Source: Pristiophorus japonicus (Eukaryota). Taken from it: a stretch of DNA of 64,000 bases. The notes beneath the pieces were generated by a model. That model was not told where the DNA came from and searched no databases. It saw only the letters and a program-made list of their open reading frames with translations. The stretch is taken from positions 23,002,001-23,066,000 of the forward strand of contig NC_091980.1 of the NCBI RefSeq assembly GCF_044704955.1, read 5' to 3'. Every line of letters begins with the position of its first letter. Position 1 is the first letter of the stretch. The translations under genes and the position numbers were made by a program. Of this stretch, positions 1-12,025 are shown piece after piece.

Positions 1-30
1 GATGTTGAGGCTGGCTATGGTTATCTTCAT
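1..30 (-). CDS. Tx1 ORF2 N-terminus (APE endonuclease), partial
   Basis: The reverse complement of 1-30 reads ATG AAG ATA ACC ATA GCC AGC CTC AAC ATC (MKITIASLNI), the typical first strand of an APE. It starts 30 bp after the ORF1 stop at 61-63. Confidence 0.8.
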   Translation of the reverse strand, partial: MKITIASLNI

Positions 31-60
31 GACAAAAGCATAGTGCAACCTCTAGTTAAC

Positions 61-2158
61 CTATTGTGGGGGGGAAGTGGAGTCGTTTGTTGACCTCCAC
101 TCCCTCAGCAACTCAGCGAGGAACGTTTTGAGCTGGCGCAGCTCAAGGCTTTGCGCCTTTGATAAGGGCCCGCCCGCGGCCATGGTTTTAGCGGCGGCGC
201 GGACGGACGTGATGAGCAGCGCCGGCTCGGACCATTTTTCCAGGGCCAGATGGGCTCGGTTGCGGCGACCCTGGCTCTGGGCCAAAAAGTCCTGGAGCTC
301 CTTTACAGGAATGAGGGGGGAACTCAGCGGCGGGCACGAGGAGATCCACCGCCTCACTGACGCTGGACTCCAGATCTTCTCCCGTGTCCTCCACCGAGTC
401 CCTGTCCCCCTCCGGGAGGTCGCCGCCAGCAGCCGGTCTGTCGACCGCACGAGGTACTGCAAATGGCCCGGCCGCTCCATCCGGCCCTGGCTCTGCCCCG
501 ATCCCACCCCCAGGATCATCGGTAGAGGAGTCCCCACTGGGCTCTTTTACTTGTGTTGCCGGGTCAGGAAGCGACAGCGGAAGGGGTTTCCCCTCCGCCC
601 CAGGGACCGGGGAACATGGAGAGACCTGGTCAAAGAAAAGCTCCAGGTCCTCCAATTCCCCCAGCCCCAAAGTTGGGGGCACGGGTTGGTGTTCTTCCCT
701 CTCTCCGCCGCCACCCACCGGCCCAGCGTGTGCAGATTCATTAAAACGATTAAAATGTTCTATTTCTGCCGGATCGAGCAAGTCCCGGGGGAAGTTGGTT
801 GTTGGCTGGGCGGGCTCAGGTTCGGCCTTTTCGGCCCCGCCCGCCTCAGTCCCCGGGACGCTTGACCCGGCGGCGACGCATTCCTCCGCCGGCCCCGCGC
901 CCCCCACGACAGGCCGATCTTCCTTGCCATCCCCGAGAGGCAGAGGCTGGGCAGCCTCGACTCTCTGACCCTCCTCGGGGACAGATTCCTCCCGCCTACG
1001 GCACAGTTTGGGGGCACTGGTGGGGGACGCGGGACACGCGGCGGGCACCGACTTGTCCGCGGAGGGATGTTAATCCCCCTCCACCTCATTGGAGCAGCGC
1101 CTCCTTTTCTTCCTGGGGGGGCGCGGAGACAGGGAGACCTCCATGTCTGCCGAGGCCTCCTGCTCCGCTCCCCCCTTTTTCTTTTCTTGCCCGCGCCCGA
1201 GCCCCTCTGCGGTATTGGTCGAGGGCTCGGGCACGGGCACAGGGCACCCCGCGCTCGCCGGTGACAGGGTTGGGCTGAGCGCGGTGATGGGACTGTCTGG
1301 CGCACTGAGAGGACCCGCCTCGAGGTGTTAATCTTCTTCTGTGCCTTCTTTCCGCCCGGACGTTCTCCCTCCCCCCCCGCCGGAGGCCGTGAAAACAAGG
1401 GCCTCCGACGATTCCCGCGCATCTACGGCTCCCGGTACGCGTACGCTACTAGGGGGAGGGGTGGTGGCGACGCCAGCCTTGGCCGCCTTTGGTGGTTTGG
1501 TGGCCTTGGAGGCGGGGCAGTTCTTACGAACGTGCCCCACCTCCCTACAGGCATGGCACCACACGCCATCCGATGTCCAGAAGACGCGGTAGGCAGTCCC
1601 CTCGTGCACCACATTAAAAATACCCTCCGTCGTCTCCTCCTGCACCAGCCGGACAAATAGCTGGCGGCGGAAGGAGAACACATGGCGCAGGCTGTTCTCC
1701 CTGAGGCTGAGCGGTATCGGGTTAATCCCTGACCTTACCTCCCCCAGTTGGTGTAGGTGAGAGAGGAGGAGCTCAGCGGGAACAAAGAGCGGGACGTTCG
1801 AAAGAATGAACCTCTGCGCGGTGGCCTCGAGAGGGTCCACCGGCAGGAACGTTCCGCTCACCGTGAGCCCCTTTTCAAGGGCCAGGGACACCGCTCGCTC
1901 CGACCCCAGGAAGAACACAGCCTTCCCAGACATTTTGGAGGCTGCGACAATGGCCGAGGGGCCGACTACCCCAGCCATCGCCCGCACGCACTTCTCGATG
2001 CTCATTGTGGGGTGAGTGTAGCTCTTGACCCCGTGTTTTTTCGTAATCAGTTTGAATGGTGGCAGGGCAGCAGGAGGCGCAGGAGGCGCCATGGATGTGG
2101 ACACTGCCTGCGCGTACGTCTTCGCTGGCCCTGCCACCGGCGTGGATGGGGTCGCCAT
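61..2158 (-). pseudogene. Tx1 ORF1 (gag-like nucleic-acid-binding protein with zinc knuckle), disrupted
   Basis: ORF 1328..2161 contains CHACREVGHVRKNC (CX2CX4HX4C). The same frame continues through TAA codons at 1328-1330 and 1070-1072 into ORF 188..1048, then shifts into the 61..537 frame. Confidence 0.85.
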
Positions 2159-2182
2159 CACGGGGTCTCTTTAAGGGCTACA

Positions 2183-5100
2183 ACTCTTTTGAGTAAACAA
2201 AACATTCGATCAAGTGCCCCCCGATCTGGGGGACACTTCAAACATTTCACAAGGCCCTTTTTTTTTGTTGGTTTTTTTTTTGTTTTTTTGGTGATTTTTG
2301 TGTTTTTTTGGGGGTTTTTTGGGCACTAAAATCATAGTTTTTTTCCCCCAAGTGCCCCCTATAAAAGGGGAGGGGGACACTAAAAAAAACACCAGCAATT
2401 AAAACAAATTAAACTTTAAAACATAAAATCAAATTAAAATTTGGTTGCCGGGGGTGATGATGCACTCCAGTCCCTCCGATGCCCACCTCTCGCGGAAGGC
2501 CGTGAGCGTACCGGTGGACACCGCGTGCTCCATCTCCAAGGACACCCTGGCTCGGATGTAGGTGCAGAAGAGAGGCAGGCAGTCAGGCTGAACGACCCCC
2601 TCGACCGCCCGCTGCCTGGACCGGCTGATGGCACCCTTGGCCGTGCCCAGGAGCAGTCCTACCAGGAGGCCCTCGGACCTACCCTCCGCACAGGGTGCCC
2701 AAAGATCAGGAGTGTGGGACTGAAGTGCAGCCAGAAATTGAGGAGCAGCCCCTTTAAATAATAAAACAGGGGCTGCAACCTCCCACATTCAGTAAGAACA
2801 TGGAACACGGACTCCTCCAGACCGCAGAAATTGCAGGCGGCCTGGGAGCCTGTGAACCGGCTTAAAAATTTGTTGCACGGCACTGCTCCGTGCATCACCC
2901 TCCAGGCCAAGTCCCCGATAAATAGTGGGAGGACACCCGCGTAGAGTGCACTCCATCGGGGACCCCCGCCTCCTCCGGACAGCAAGATGTTGCGACATGG
3001 CGTGTCCGGACGGCAGACGAGGATGGCAAAGTTGAGAGTGTGCAGGAGCAGCTCGTACAGGAAAGCCCTCCACGCAGAACTGAAAGGCACGGAGGGGATT
3101 TCCCCGAGGCGGCTCAAGTTGTGAGGCGACGGCTCCCGAGGGAGGTTCCAGGGTTTGGCGCCGATGAGGAATTCCGTCCGGACGGGGGTCAGTTCGGACG
3201 GGATCTCCCCACGTGCTTGAGCTGCCTCGATGCACCTAACGGAGTCAGGGCCCAGTGCTGTATTTAGCGACTCGATGGAATCGGCCGCGCGGCAGACGTC
3301 GGCCGACTTTAGGAGCCGCGCCAGCGTGTCTGGCGCCATCCAGCCCGGTCCTCCGCCATCGAGCAGGTCCCTGACCCTGGTCACCTCACCAGCCACAGCC
3401 CTCTCGTCCAACTGCCACCTAAAACCTCGGTCGTGGAGGTACGGATTCCCGAGCACCACTCCTGCAGGACAGCTGCCACTCCAGCCGGTGGAGAGCTGCG
3501 CTTGGTAGAGTTCCTTGTAAAAGACAGGCAGCTCCTGGACGGCGGTCCTGATGCCCCCCAAGCTCACAAACAGTAGCTGCGTGTCGTATTTGAGGCCGTG
3601 CTGCTGGCGGAAGAAATACGTCGCCAGAGCACGCCACCTAGGAGGGGGCTCGACGTAAAGGTATCTCTCCAGGGTCTGAAGACGGAAAGTCGCTAGCTGG
3701 GCGCTGACGCACACCAATGACTGACCGCCCTCCCTAAGCGGGAGACTCAAGACCGCGGCAGAGACCCAGTGCTTCCTGTTGTTCCAGAAGAAGTCCACCA
3801 GCTTCTTCTGTATCTTGGCGACAAACGCAGGGGGAGGGGTCAAAGTGACCAGCCGGTACTACAGCATAGCGGCCACCAGCTGGTTTATGACTAGCGCTCG
3901 ACTCCTGTAGGACAGCACTCGGAGCAGTCCTGTCCAGCGCCCTAGGCGAGCGGTGACCTTGGCCTCCAGCTCTTGCCAGTTCGCCAGCCAGGCTTCCTCG
4001 TTGGGGCTAAGGTAGACTCCCAGATAGAGGAGATGGGTCGTGCTCCAGGCAAAAGGTCTGAGCTCCTCCGGCAGGGAGTCCACCCGCCACTGACCCACCA
4101 GGAGCCCGGAACATTTCTCCCAGTTGATCCTGGCGGAGGATGCGGCCGAGAAAATCTCCTGGCACTCACGCATCTTCCGCAGGTCACCGGGATCCTCCGA
4201 CTACCCCAGCCATCGCCCGCACGCACTCCTGAATGCTCATTGTGGGGTGAGTGTAGCTCTTGACCCCGTGTTTTTTTGTAATTAATCTGAACGGTGGCAG
4301 GGCAGCAGGAGGCGCAGGAGGCGCCGTGGATGCAGACGCCGCCTGCGCGTACGTCTTCACTGGCCCTGCCACCGGCATGGATGGGGTCGCCATCACGGGG
4401 TCCCTTTAAGGGCTACACCCACCGCAAAGTCACAGGCCTCAATAGTCTTAAATTGGCCTCGTTGGTGTTTGAGCAGAGGGAGCTCTTAATGAGGCACACC
4501 TCTCCCCTAGTTAACGATTGGGGAAGGGCCTTGCTCCCTCTGCTCAGTTTCTCAATTTAATTATTAATTAGGAGGAAAGGGGCTCTCAGAGAGAGAGGGG
4601 AGAGACAGAGAGAGTGACAGAGAAAGAGAGTGGGGGTTGGGAAAGAGGGAAGCTGTGAGGGCAGGTCTCCCCTCACAGTGATGGGTGGGTGCACTCCCCA
4701 GATGTAAAAAGGCAAAGTCTTATGGATGGTCTTCGGGTGGGGGGAGAAGATGTCTTCACCTGGGGCAGCTGGAGCCAACCAGGCACACACTCCCAACGAT
4801 GTTGATTGGTTTATTTAACGAGTCTTCACCCAGGCCGCTCCAGCTATCCCAGGCTAGGCAATGGGGGAGGGGTGCTTCAGTGGTGTGTGGGGCCTAGTTG
4901 TAGGCAAGACCCCCACACACACTTCCACACACACACACCCCCCGCGATGTTCCGGCCCTCAACAAAATCTTCTTTCCTCCCCCCACCGATAAAACAATGT
5001 CCTTAGGGGAATGCACCAGTACACCCACCTGTAGAATGTTATAGAGTCTCCCTCCTTTCACACTGGATGGTTGTTGATGTTATTTCCCCTTCTCCCAATC

Positions 5101-5312
5101 TCTCTGCAGCAGAAATAAAGTTGATACATTTTCTGCTCTCCTCCTTTCCCTCTGGATGAAATGTAGTGTAGTAAGCCTCTTCCTCCTCTTCCTGGGCTGG
5201 TCTCAGGATTCACACAGGCCTTCAGGCAGGAGCTACAGCAGGGAGCTCCTTCCCTCACTGTTCCAGGCTCCAAATGAACAGGCCACGCCTCCAACTGCTC
5301 CACAACACCTGT
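2183..5312 (-). mobile_element. Tx1-clade element, copy B, internally deleted (5'UTR, about 66 codons of ORF1, 3' part of ORF2, 3'UTR)
   Basis: 4197-4417 is homologous to 1962-2182. At about 4196 the sequence jumps into ORF2 (EDPGDLRKMRECQ). ORF2 ends GLECIITPGNQILI* at 2429. The 5' boundary is approximate. Confidence 0.8.
2429..4196 (-). pseudogene. Tx1 ORF2 3' portion (late RT plus C-terminal zinc-binding region), disrupted
   Basis: ORFs 3859..4173, 2659..3843 and 2429..2788 contain INWEKCSG, YLGVYL and CNFCGLEESVFHVLTEC, which are typical of L1/Tx1 ORF2. Confidence 0.88.
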
Positions 5313-5917
5313 GAGCATACTCACAGATGCATACATTACAGGGTCTACTGAATTGATTGCAAACTCATCCGAACTCACTCTCAACTGTGCTTTCCCAAAA
5401 CATTACCCACGCCTCCACAACAAAAATCGCTCACAGATGAGCCTTGGGGCTTCAACGTGTCTGCTACCCTTACAAGACCATTAATGTAAGGGGGAGGGGA
5501 GTGTGGTGGAGATGGGGACTTCCTGCACTTTGGCCTCCAGTTGGTGCCTGGTGAAGCATTGCAGAAGTATGCCTGGTCAGATCACGGATACCTCCCCAAC
5601 TCTGGCGGTAGTGGGCTCCACCTCGGGGTAGGTCTAGGATATGATTAGGGCCTGAATCAGTGGATATCAGAGGAAAATAAAAAATAATAATAATAATAAT
5701 TGATGATACAGGGAGCCCCTGGGGACAGCCACTTACCCCTTTTACGGCGGGAATAGGAAAATCTGACACCACTCGACTCCCTCAACCCACAAACCACCAC
5801 CTCCGAAAAACTGACATGCTTCAGCAAGTGTTTATGGCCTCTTTGCTGAGGGAGCACCAGAGATTTGACCCAAGCCACCAAAGCCATGTTCCACATGTCC
5901 CTTCCCTCTGCCTCCGT

Positions 5918-6670
5918 GGGCTGGATTTTCGGCTTTTATATTTTTGGGCGATAATGGCGGTGGGACGCGAAAGTTAGCCCCCCGGAAAAGTTTGCACTTT
6001 AGTAATTAAGTTTGGGCATCTGGGCCATGTGTCAAGGGGAGCAGCACTAAGGGAGGTATTGTACACCTCTCCTGGCGCAAGGATGGGAAACTCCCGAGCT
6101 AAAGAGCCAGGCCGGCAGACATCTGGGGGTGGGCGGGAAAGAAAACACCAAAAAAAAAACACAAAAACATCCCCAAAACATTACCCACGCCTCCACAACA
6201 AAAATCGCTAAAAACATTAACAGAAACAACAATGACACTTTCCTTAGGAGTCCATTACTCAGCTCTTCGCCGTCGGGATGGTTGGACCGCCCTGATTTCC
6301 CAGGCGGTCAGTGCGGGTACGCTTCCGGGCGGTCGGGTCGGGCGGGAGCTCAAACTCGCGGCAGTGTCGCAGCCAGGGACATTACACACTGAGTGCAGCT
6401 CTTCTGGGCGTTGCTGCTCGCCACCGCCACAAAGCCGGACCCGAGGATCACTGCGAGGCGCTGGAGGCTGACCGCCCACCAAGAACACCTCACCGCCGCC
6501 ATTGCTGCCGCTCCGGGGCAAAAAAACATCGCGTCGAAGATTGGAAAATCCAGCCCCGTTACCTTTAGAAGGACCAGTGGCAGAAGTTGTGAGCAGGCAC
6601 ATCCCTGCACATACATCAGGATGTGCCCCTCCCTCTCCCCGTGCATTTTCAGGCCAGTAATCGCCCCAAG
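5918..6670. mobile_element. Putative non-autonomous DNA transposon (Harbinger-like MITE); right end not resolved
   Basis: Starts GGGCTGGATTTTCGGC, the same 16-mer as at 28881 and similar to the terminus at 26116. The interior is GC-rich with no coding potential. Confidence 0.45.
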
Positions 6671-6844
6671 TTATAACAAGCATCTACATTGTTGATATTA
6701 ATTGTGGCACATCATGCATTTTACAGATTACAGTCTCTGATCCAGACTGTATAATACCATACATTCATATTAAGGGTAGCATGGATTATTTTCAACATAT
6801 TGCCTATGAATATCTGATGCAATATCTGCACTCTCTGCATTCTC

Positions 6845-6983
6845 ATGGAATCAAGAGATATGTGTATAGGGTGAAAAAGTGGAGTGGAAGAAGATCAGCC
6901 ATGATCTTATTGAATGGTGGAGCTGGCTTGAGGGGCCTTCTGGCCTACTCCGGCTCCTAATTCTTATGTTCTTAGGTTCTTAT
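6845..6983 (+). mobile_element. CR1 LINE 3' end fragment
   Basis: GATCAGCCATGATCTTATTGAATGG...GGCCTACTCC followed by a (TTCTTATG)n-type tail. Confidence 0.8.
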
Positions 6984-6984
6984 G

Positions 6985-7355
6985 CAGCTTTCCTATTTCT
7001 GTAATCTCATCCGGCCCCACAACCCTCCGAGATGTCTGCGCTTCTCTAATTCTGCCCTCTTGAGCATCCCTGATTATAATCGCTCAACCATTGGTGGCCG
7101 TGCCTTCAGCTGCCTAGGCCTCAAGCTCTGGAACACCCTGCCTAAACCTCTCCGCCTCTCTACCTCTCTCTCCTCCATTGAGACGCTCCTTAAAACCTAC
7201 CTTTTTGACCAAGCTTTTGGACTCCTGCCCTAATTTCTCCTTATGTGGCTCGCTGTCAAATATTTTGTCTCATAATATTCCTGTGAAGCGCCTTGGGATG
7301 TTTCACTATGTTAAAGGTGCTATATAAATACAAGTTGTTTTTGTTGTTGTTGTTG
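6985..7355 (+). mobile_element. L2 LINE 3' end fragment
   Basis: Encodes RSTIGGRAFSCLGLKLWNTLPKPLR...LLKTYLF, an L2 ORF2 C-terminus. The 3'UTR ends GCTATATAAAT plus (TTG)n. Confidence 0.8.
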
Positions 7356-7805
7356 TTTCCAGCACTCCTGAAATAAGTATATTCAACAGGACATTGTGTA
7401 GAATTCTGTTTCTACTATGTTTATGTTGACAGTGTTAAAATTAGAAAGAAGCTTGTAGCTTCACTGGAACATGTTCCCCCACCATTGTTCCCCATATTGA
7501 GTTTTGAGCAGTCTCTTTTGTATTAGTGATGGAAGTAGTATCCCAGAATCCTTCTGGGCAGGCAGTGCATGGGTGTTGTTGTGGTTACATGTGAATGCAG
7601 TTGTGACGATTTCTTCCTCTGGGTATAGGTAGTGAAATTGTAAACATGTTCCTTCGGGAATCTGGGAGGATCTTAACAAATAAACTGCAATTCCATTGCA
7701 CATGATGTCTGGAGCAACTCTTATCCCGGATACAACAATCACTTGCATTTATATAGCGCCTTTAATGTAGTGAAAAGTGCCAAGGTGTTTTACAGGAGCG
7801 TTATC

Positions 7806-8009
7806 TGTTATGTATGTAAACATTCCCAAATGTGTAAGACTTGCCACCAGTGGGCGCACCTGTGGGAGACCCAAGGGTCACCTGCACACCCTGGCAAGCA
7901 GGTATAAAAGGCAGTCTACCATGCTGTTTCCTCACTCTGGAGTTACATTAAGGTCACAACAGTTTGAGCTTACAATGTACAGTCTTGTAGAGTTATTCTG
8001 AACATAACA
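7806..8009 (+). repeat. 5' LTR of Gypsy element 1
   Basis: TGTTATGTATG...AACATAACA with a TATAAAA box; direct repeat of 12026-12217. Confidence 0.93.
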
Positions 8010-8010
8010 A

Positions 8011-8021
8011 TTGGCAACGAG
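8011..8021 (+). promoter_or_regulatory. Primer-binding site of Gypsy element 1
   Basis: TTGGCAACGAG lies immediately after the 5' LTR; TGG is complementary to the tRNA CCA end. Confidence 0.75.
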
Positions 8022-8040
8022 TAAAAGATCACAAACTTTA

Positions 8041-9259
8041 ATGCGGTTATGGCTGCCATTGGTATTCTTGAGAAATTTGTTAAGGGTGATGGGTTGAAGC
8101 CTTCGTTGAGCATCTTGACCAGTACTTCGTGGCCAACGAGCTAGAAAGGGAAGAAACCGTGGTCAAGCGCAGGGCAATTCTCCTCACCGTTTGTGGCTCC
8201 ATGATATATGGCCTCATCAAAAATCTGCTAGCATCGACGAAACCAATGGAGAAGACATATGAAGAGTTGTGCACGCTGGTTCGGGAACACCTCAAGCCGA
8301 AGGAGAGCATCTTGATGGCCTGGTATCTCTTTTATATGAACCACCGCTCCGAGGGCCAGAACGTGGCGAGCTGTGTCGCCGACCTAAGACGCCTTGTGGG
8401 ACCGTGCATATTTGCTGGATTTTTGGGGGAAGTGTTGTGGGACTTTTTCATGCTTGGAATTGGCCACAAGGTCATTCTACGCAAACTGCTGTCTGCCAAA
8501 TCTCTAGATCTGAGCAAGGCCATCACAATAGCCCAGACTTTCATGTCCACGAACGATAACACTAAACAGATATCATTGCAACATCGAAACTCACTGGCAA
8601 GTAATGTGCATAAAATAACACCTTCAGCAGGCAGAACTCTATATGGCAGCGCCTACACGCCCACAGAGGCCAGACCTAGGATGACTCAGAGTCCGCCGTG
8701 GGGCGTGAATGCGAATCCATTAGCACCATGTTGGCGCTGCGGGGGTAATCATTGAGCCCATCAAGGGCGACTCAAGCACTACATGTGCAAGGGCTGTGGA
8801 ACAATGGGGCACCTCCAGCGAATGTGCAGATGTGCTGCGACACACCACGTGGCAGAGTCGGCAGAAGATGATCGATCTGGCGCGGATCATGCTGAACGAG
8901 TAAGAGAGGCAACTCAACCCGAGGCTGAAGAGGAAGTGTATGGGGTACACACTTTCACCATCAAAAGCCCTCCGATAATGTTAAAAGTAAAATTAAATGG
9001 CATTCCAGTTTCCATTGAATTGGACACGGGGGTGAGTCAGTCAATTATGAGCCAGAAGGCTTTTGAGAAACTGTGGGGCAACAAGGCACAAAGGTCAAAA
9101 CAAAGCCCGACCCACACCAAGCTGCGCACTTACACCAAAGAGCTCATACCAGTCATTGGCAGTGCGGCAGTGAAGGTATCGTACAATGGAGCTGTGCATG
9201 ATTTATACTATGGAATGTACCAGGTGATGGCCCAACGCTGTTCGGCAGAAGCTGGATAG
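8041..9259 (+). pseudogene. Gypsy gag plus aspartic protease, disrupted
   Basis: ORFs 8129..8755 and 8783..9259 contain the knuckle region CWRCGGNH*...CKGCGTMGHLQRMC and the protease motif ELDTGVSQSI. Confidence 0.85.
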
Positions 9260-9431
9260 GAAAGATCCGATGGAACTGGGACGACATAAAAGCACTGTCT
9301 TCAGTGGATGATGCCTCGTGCGCCCAACTGCTGAACAAATTCCCATCATTATTTGTGCCAGGCATCGGCAAAGTGCAGATCCATCTAGTCCCTGATGCAC
9401 GACTCGTTCCAAGGCCCAAGCGGTTCCATAT

Positions 9432-10711
9432 ATGATGCGAGAGAAAGTTGAGATCGAGCTGGACAGACTTCAACGAGAGGGGATCATATCGCCAGTCGAG
9501 TTCAACGAGTGGGCTAGTCCAATTGCTCCAGTGTTGAAAAGCGACGGGGCAATCAGAATCTGCAGGGACTACAAGGTAACAATCAACCGAGTCTCGTTAC
9601 AGGACCAGTACCCACTACCCAAAGCAGATGACCTGTTTGCAACGCTAGCAGGGGGGAAGTCGTTAACATAGCTGGATCTAACCTCTGCTTACACAACACA
9701 GGAGCTGGCTGTTCCTTCGGAAAAATTGACGTGCATCAACGCGCACAGAGAACTGTTCATGTACCACAGATGCCCCTTTGAGATTTGCTCGGCTGCGGCC
9801 ATCTTAAAGAAGTACATGGAGAGTCTGCTGAAATCGGTTCTGCGCACCGTGGTGTTTCAAGACGACATTTTGATCACTGGCCGCAACACCACTGAACACT
9901 TGCACAACCTGGAAGCGGTTCTCAAGCGACTGGACAGAGTGGGAATCAGGCTGAAATGCTCCAAGTGTGTTTTCCTGGCGCCAAAGGTCGAATTTCTAGG
10001 GAGAAAGATTGCAGCGGACGGCATCAGACCCATGGATTCCAAGACAGAGGCCATCAAGAATGCACCCAGACCATAGAATATTACGGAGCTGCGTACATTC
10101 CTGGGACTCCTCAACTATTTTGGTAACTCTCTACCAGGGTTGAGCACTTTGCTGGAACCATTGCATTTATTGCTACGCAAAGGTGACGACTAGGTTTGGG
10201 GTAAATCTCAAGAGACAGCTTTTAACAAGGTCAGAAACCTGCTATGTCCTTACAAGTTACTTGTAATGTATGACCCGTGTAAACATTTAGTACTAGCTTG
10301 TGATGCATCTTCGTACGGGGTCGGTTGCATATGCGTCTAGAAGCTTATCTAAGGCTGAAAGAGCCTACAGTATGGTTGAGAAAGAAGCATTAGCATTTGT
10401 ATACGGTGTTAAGAAAATGCACCAATACCTATTTGGACTCTGGTTCGAGCTCAAAACCGACCACAAGCCGCTCATTTTGTTGTTCTCATAAAGCAAAGGT
10501 ATTAACACCAATGCTTCGTCCCGCATCCAAAGATGGACACTCAGGCACTGATGCTGATGCCCTCAGTCGGCTACCACTGTCCACCACCGAGGTGGAAATG
10601 GCGCAACCCGCAGACTTGCTTCTGGTAATGGATGCTTTTGAGAGCGAGGGGTCACCCATCACGGCTCCCAGATCAGGACCTGGACTAGCCAGGACCAGGT
10701 GCTATCACTAG
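9432..10711 (+). pseudogene. Gypsy reverse transcriptase plus RNase H, disrupted
   Basis: WASPIAPVLKSDG, QYPLPK, VVFQDDILI, VEFLG, AYASRSLSKAERAYS and TDHKPL, spread over several frameshifted ORFs. Confidence 0.88.
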
Positions 10712-10879
10712 TAAAAAGCCGTGTCCTCAATGGGAGCTGGTCATGGTTCCAGGGGAAATGCAAGACGAAATTAAGCCATTCCACCAACGCAAGGATGAAA
10801 TGTCCATCCAGTCGGACTGTCTCCGATGGGGGAATCATGTAATTTTGCCAAAAAAAGGCAGGGAAACATTTATACGTGA

Positions 10880-11992
10880 ACTTCACAGTACCCACCAGGC
10901 ATAGTCATGATGAAGGCTATCGCCAGGTCACATGTTTGGTGGCCCGACATTGACTCGGAATTCGAGTCATGCATACACCAATGTAACACTTGCTCACAGT
11001 TGAGCAATGCACCAAGGGAGACCCCACTGAGTCTGTGGTCATGGCCCTCCAAACCGTGGTCCAGGGTCCACGTAGATTTCGCTAGCCCTTTTCTAGGAAA
11101 GATGTACCTAGTAGCAGTGGACGCTTACTCGAAATGGATTGAATGTATAATAATGTCGTCATGTACGTCCACTGCCACCATTGAAAGCCTCCGGGCCATG
11201 TTCGCCACCCATGGTTTGCCCAACGTTCTTGTTAATGACAATGGTCCATGTTTCACCAGCTTGGAATTCAACGAGTTCATGACCCGCAATGGCATCAAAC
11301 ATGCCAGGTCTGCACTGTTTAAGCCTGCATCCAATGGTCAAGCGGAATGGGCAGTCCAAACCATCGAGCAGAGCTTGAAATGCATGACGGACGGTTCCCT
11401 GCAGACCCGGCTATCTCGGATTCTGCTCAGTTACCACATGCGACCCCACTCGCTTACCGGGGTTCTCCCTGCAGAATTGCTACTGAAGAGAGCACTCAAA
11501 ACCAGGCTCTCCTTAGTCCAACCAGATCTCAATGATCATGTAGAAACCCGGCATCACCGGCATAACGTGTACCACGATCGCGCGGCTGTATCATGTGACA
11601 TTGAGGTTAATGACCCTGTGTTTGATCTTAATTATGGTCATAGTTCCAAATGGGTTGCTGGCAGTGTGTTAGCCAAGGAGGGGAATAGAGTGTTTGTTGT
11701 CAAACTTTTGAATGGACAAATGTGCAGAAAGCACTTGGATCAGACCAAACTGCAGTTCAGTGACAACCAAGAACAGTTTGAAGAGGACATTACCATCAAT
11801 GATCCACCCACACATACCCAACCAGCAATTGACCTTGCGGTCAACCACGAGGATGAACCCACCATGCCCGACAGTCTGATCAGACCAGCCACACCGCAGT
11901 ACAGCAATGATCCGACCGACTCACCCATGCCAGGACTTCAACTCAGGCGATCAACCCCGAAACGCAGAGCCCCGGATCATCTCAACTTGTAA
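10880..11992 (+). pseudogene. Gypsy integrase
   Basis: ORF 10907..11992 contains CHQCNTC-type zinc-finger cysteines (CIHQCNTC), VHVDFA, DNGPCF and SNGQAE (DDE core). Confidence 0.9.
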
Positions 11993-12025
11993 GTAACTTG
12001 TATCTAAAATTTGGGGGGGGAATGA

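Larger units (their letters stand above)
1..2182 (-). mobile_element. Tx1-clade non-LTR retrotransposon, copy A (ORF1 plus start of ORF2; runs off the left edge)
   Basis: ORF1 carries a CCHC knuckle, and ORF2 begins with the APE motif MKITIASLNI at 30..1. The region is GC-rich. Homology to the copy B leader ends at 2182. Confidence 0.9.

Noticed and set aside
1066-1333. Two in-frame TAA stops in the same GATTAACA context in Tx1 ORF1, suggesting programmed readthrough
   Set aside because: The copy also has frameshifts, and the first stop lies beside a homopolymer run. Ordinary decay explains them.
77-1700. Multiple long plus-strand ORFs (77..865, 384..968, 799..1278 and others)
   Set aside because: They are antisense shadows of the GC-rich Tx1 ORF1 and contain no recognisable domains.
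5058-5384. 108-aa minus-strand ORF as a host exon
   Set aside because: It lies mostly in the presumed Tx1 5'UTR, with no convincing splice sites or known motif.
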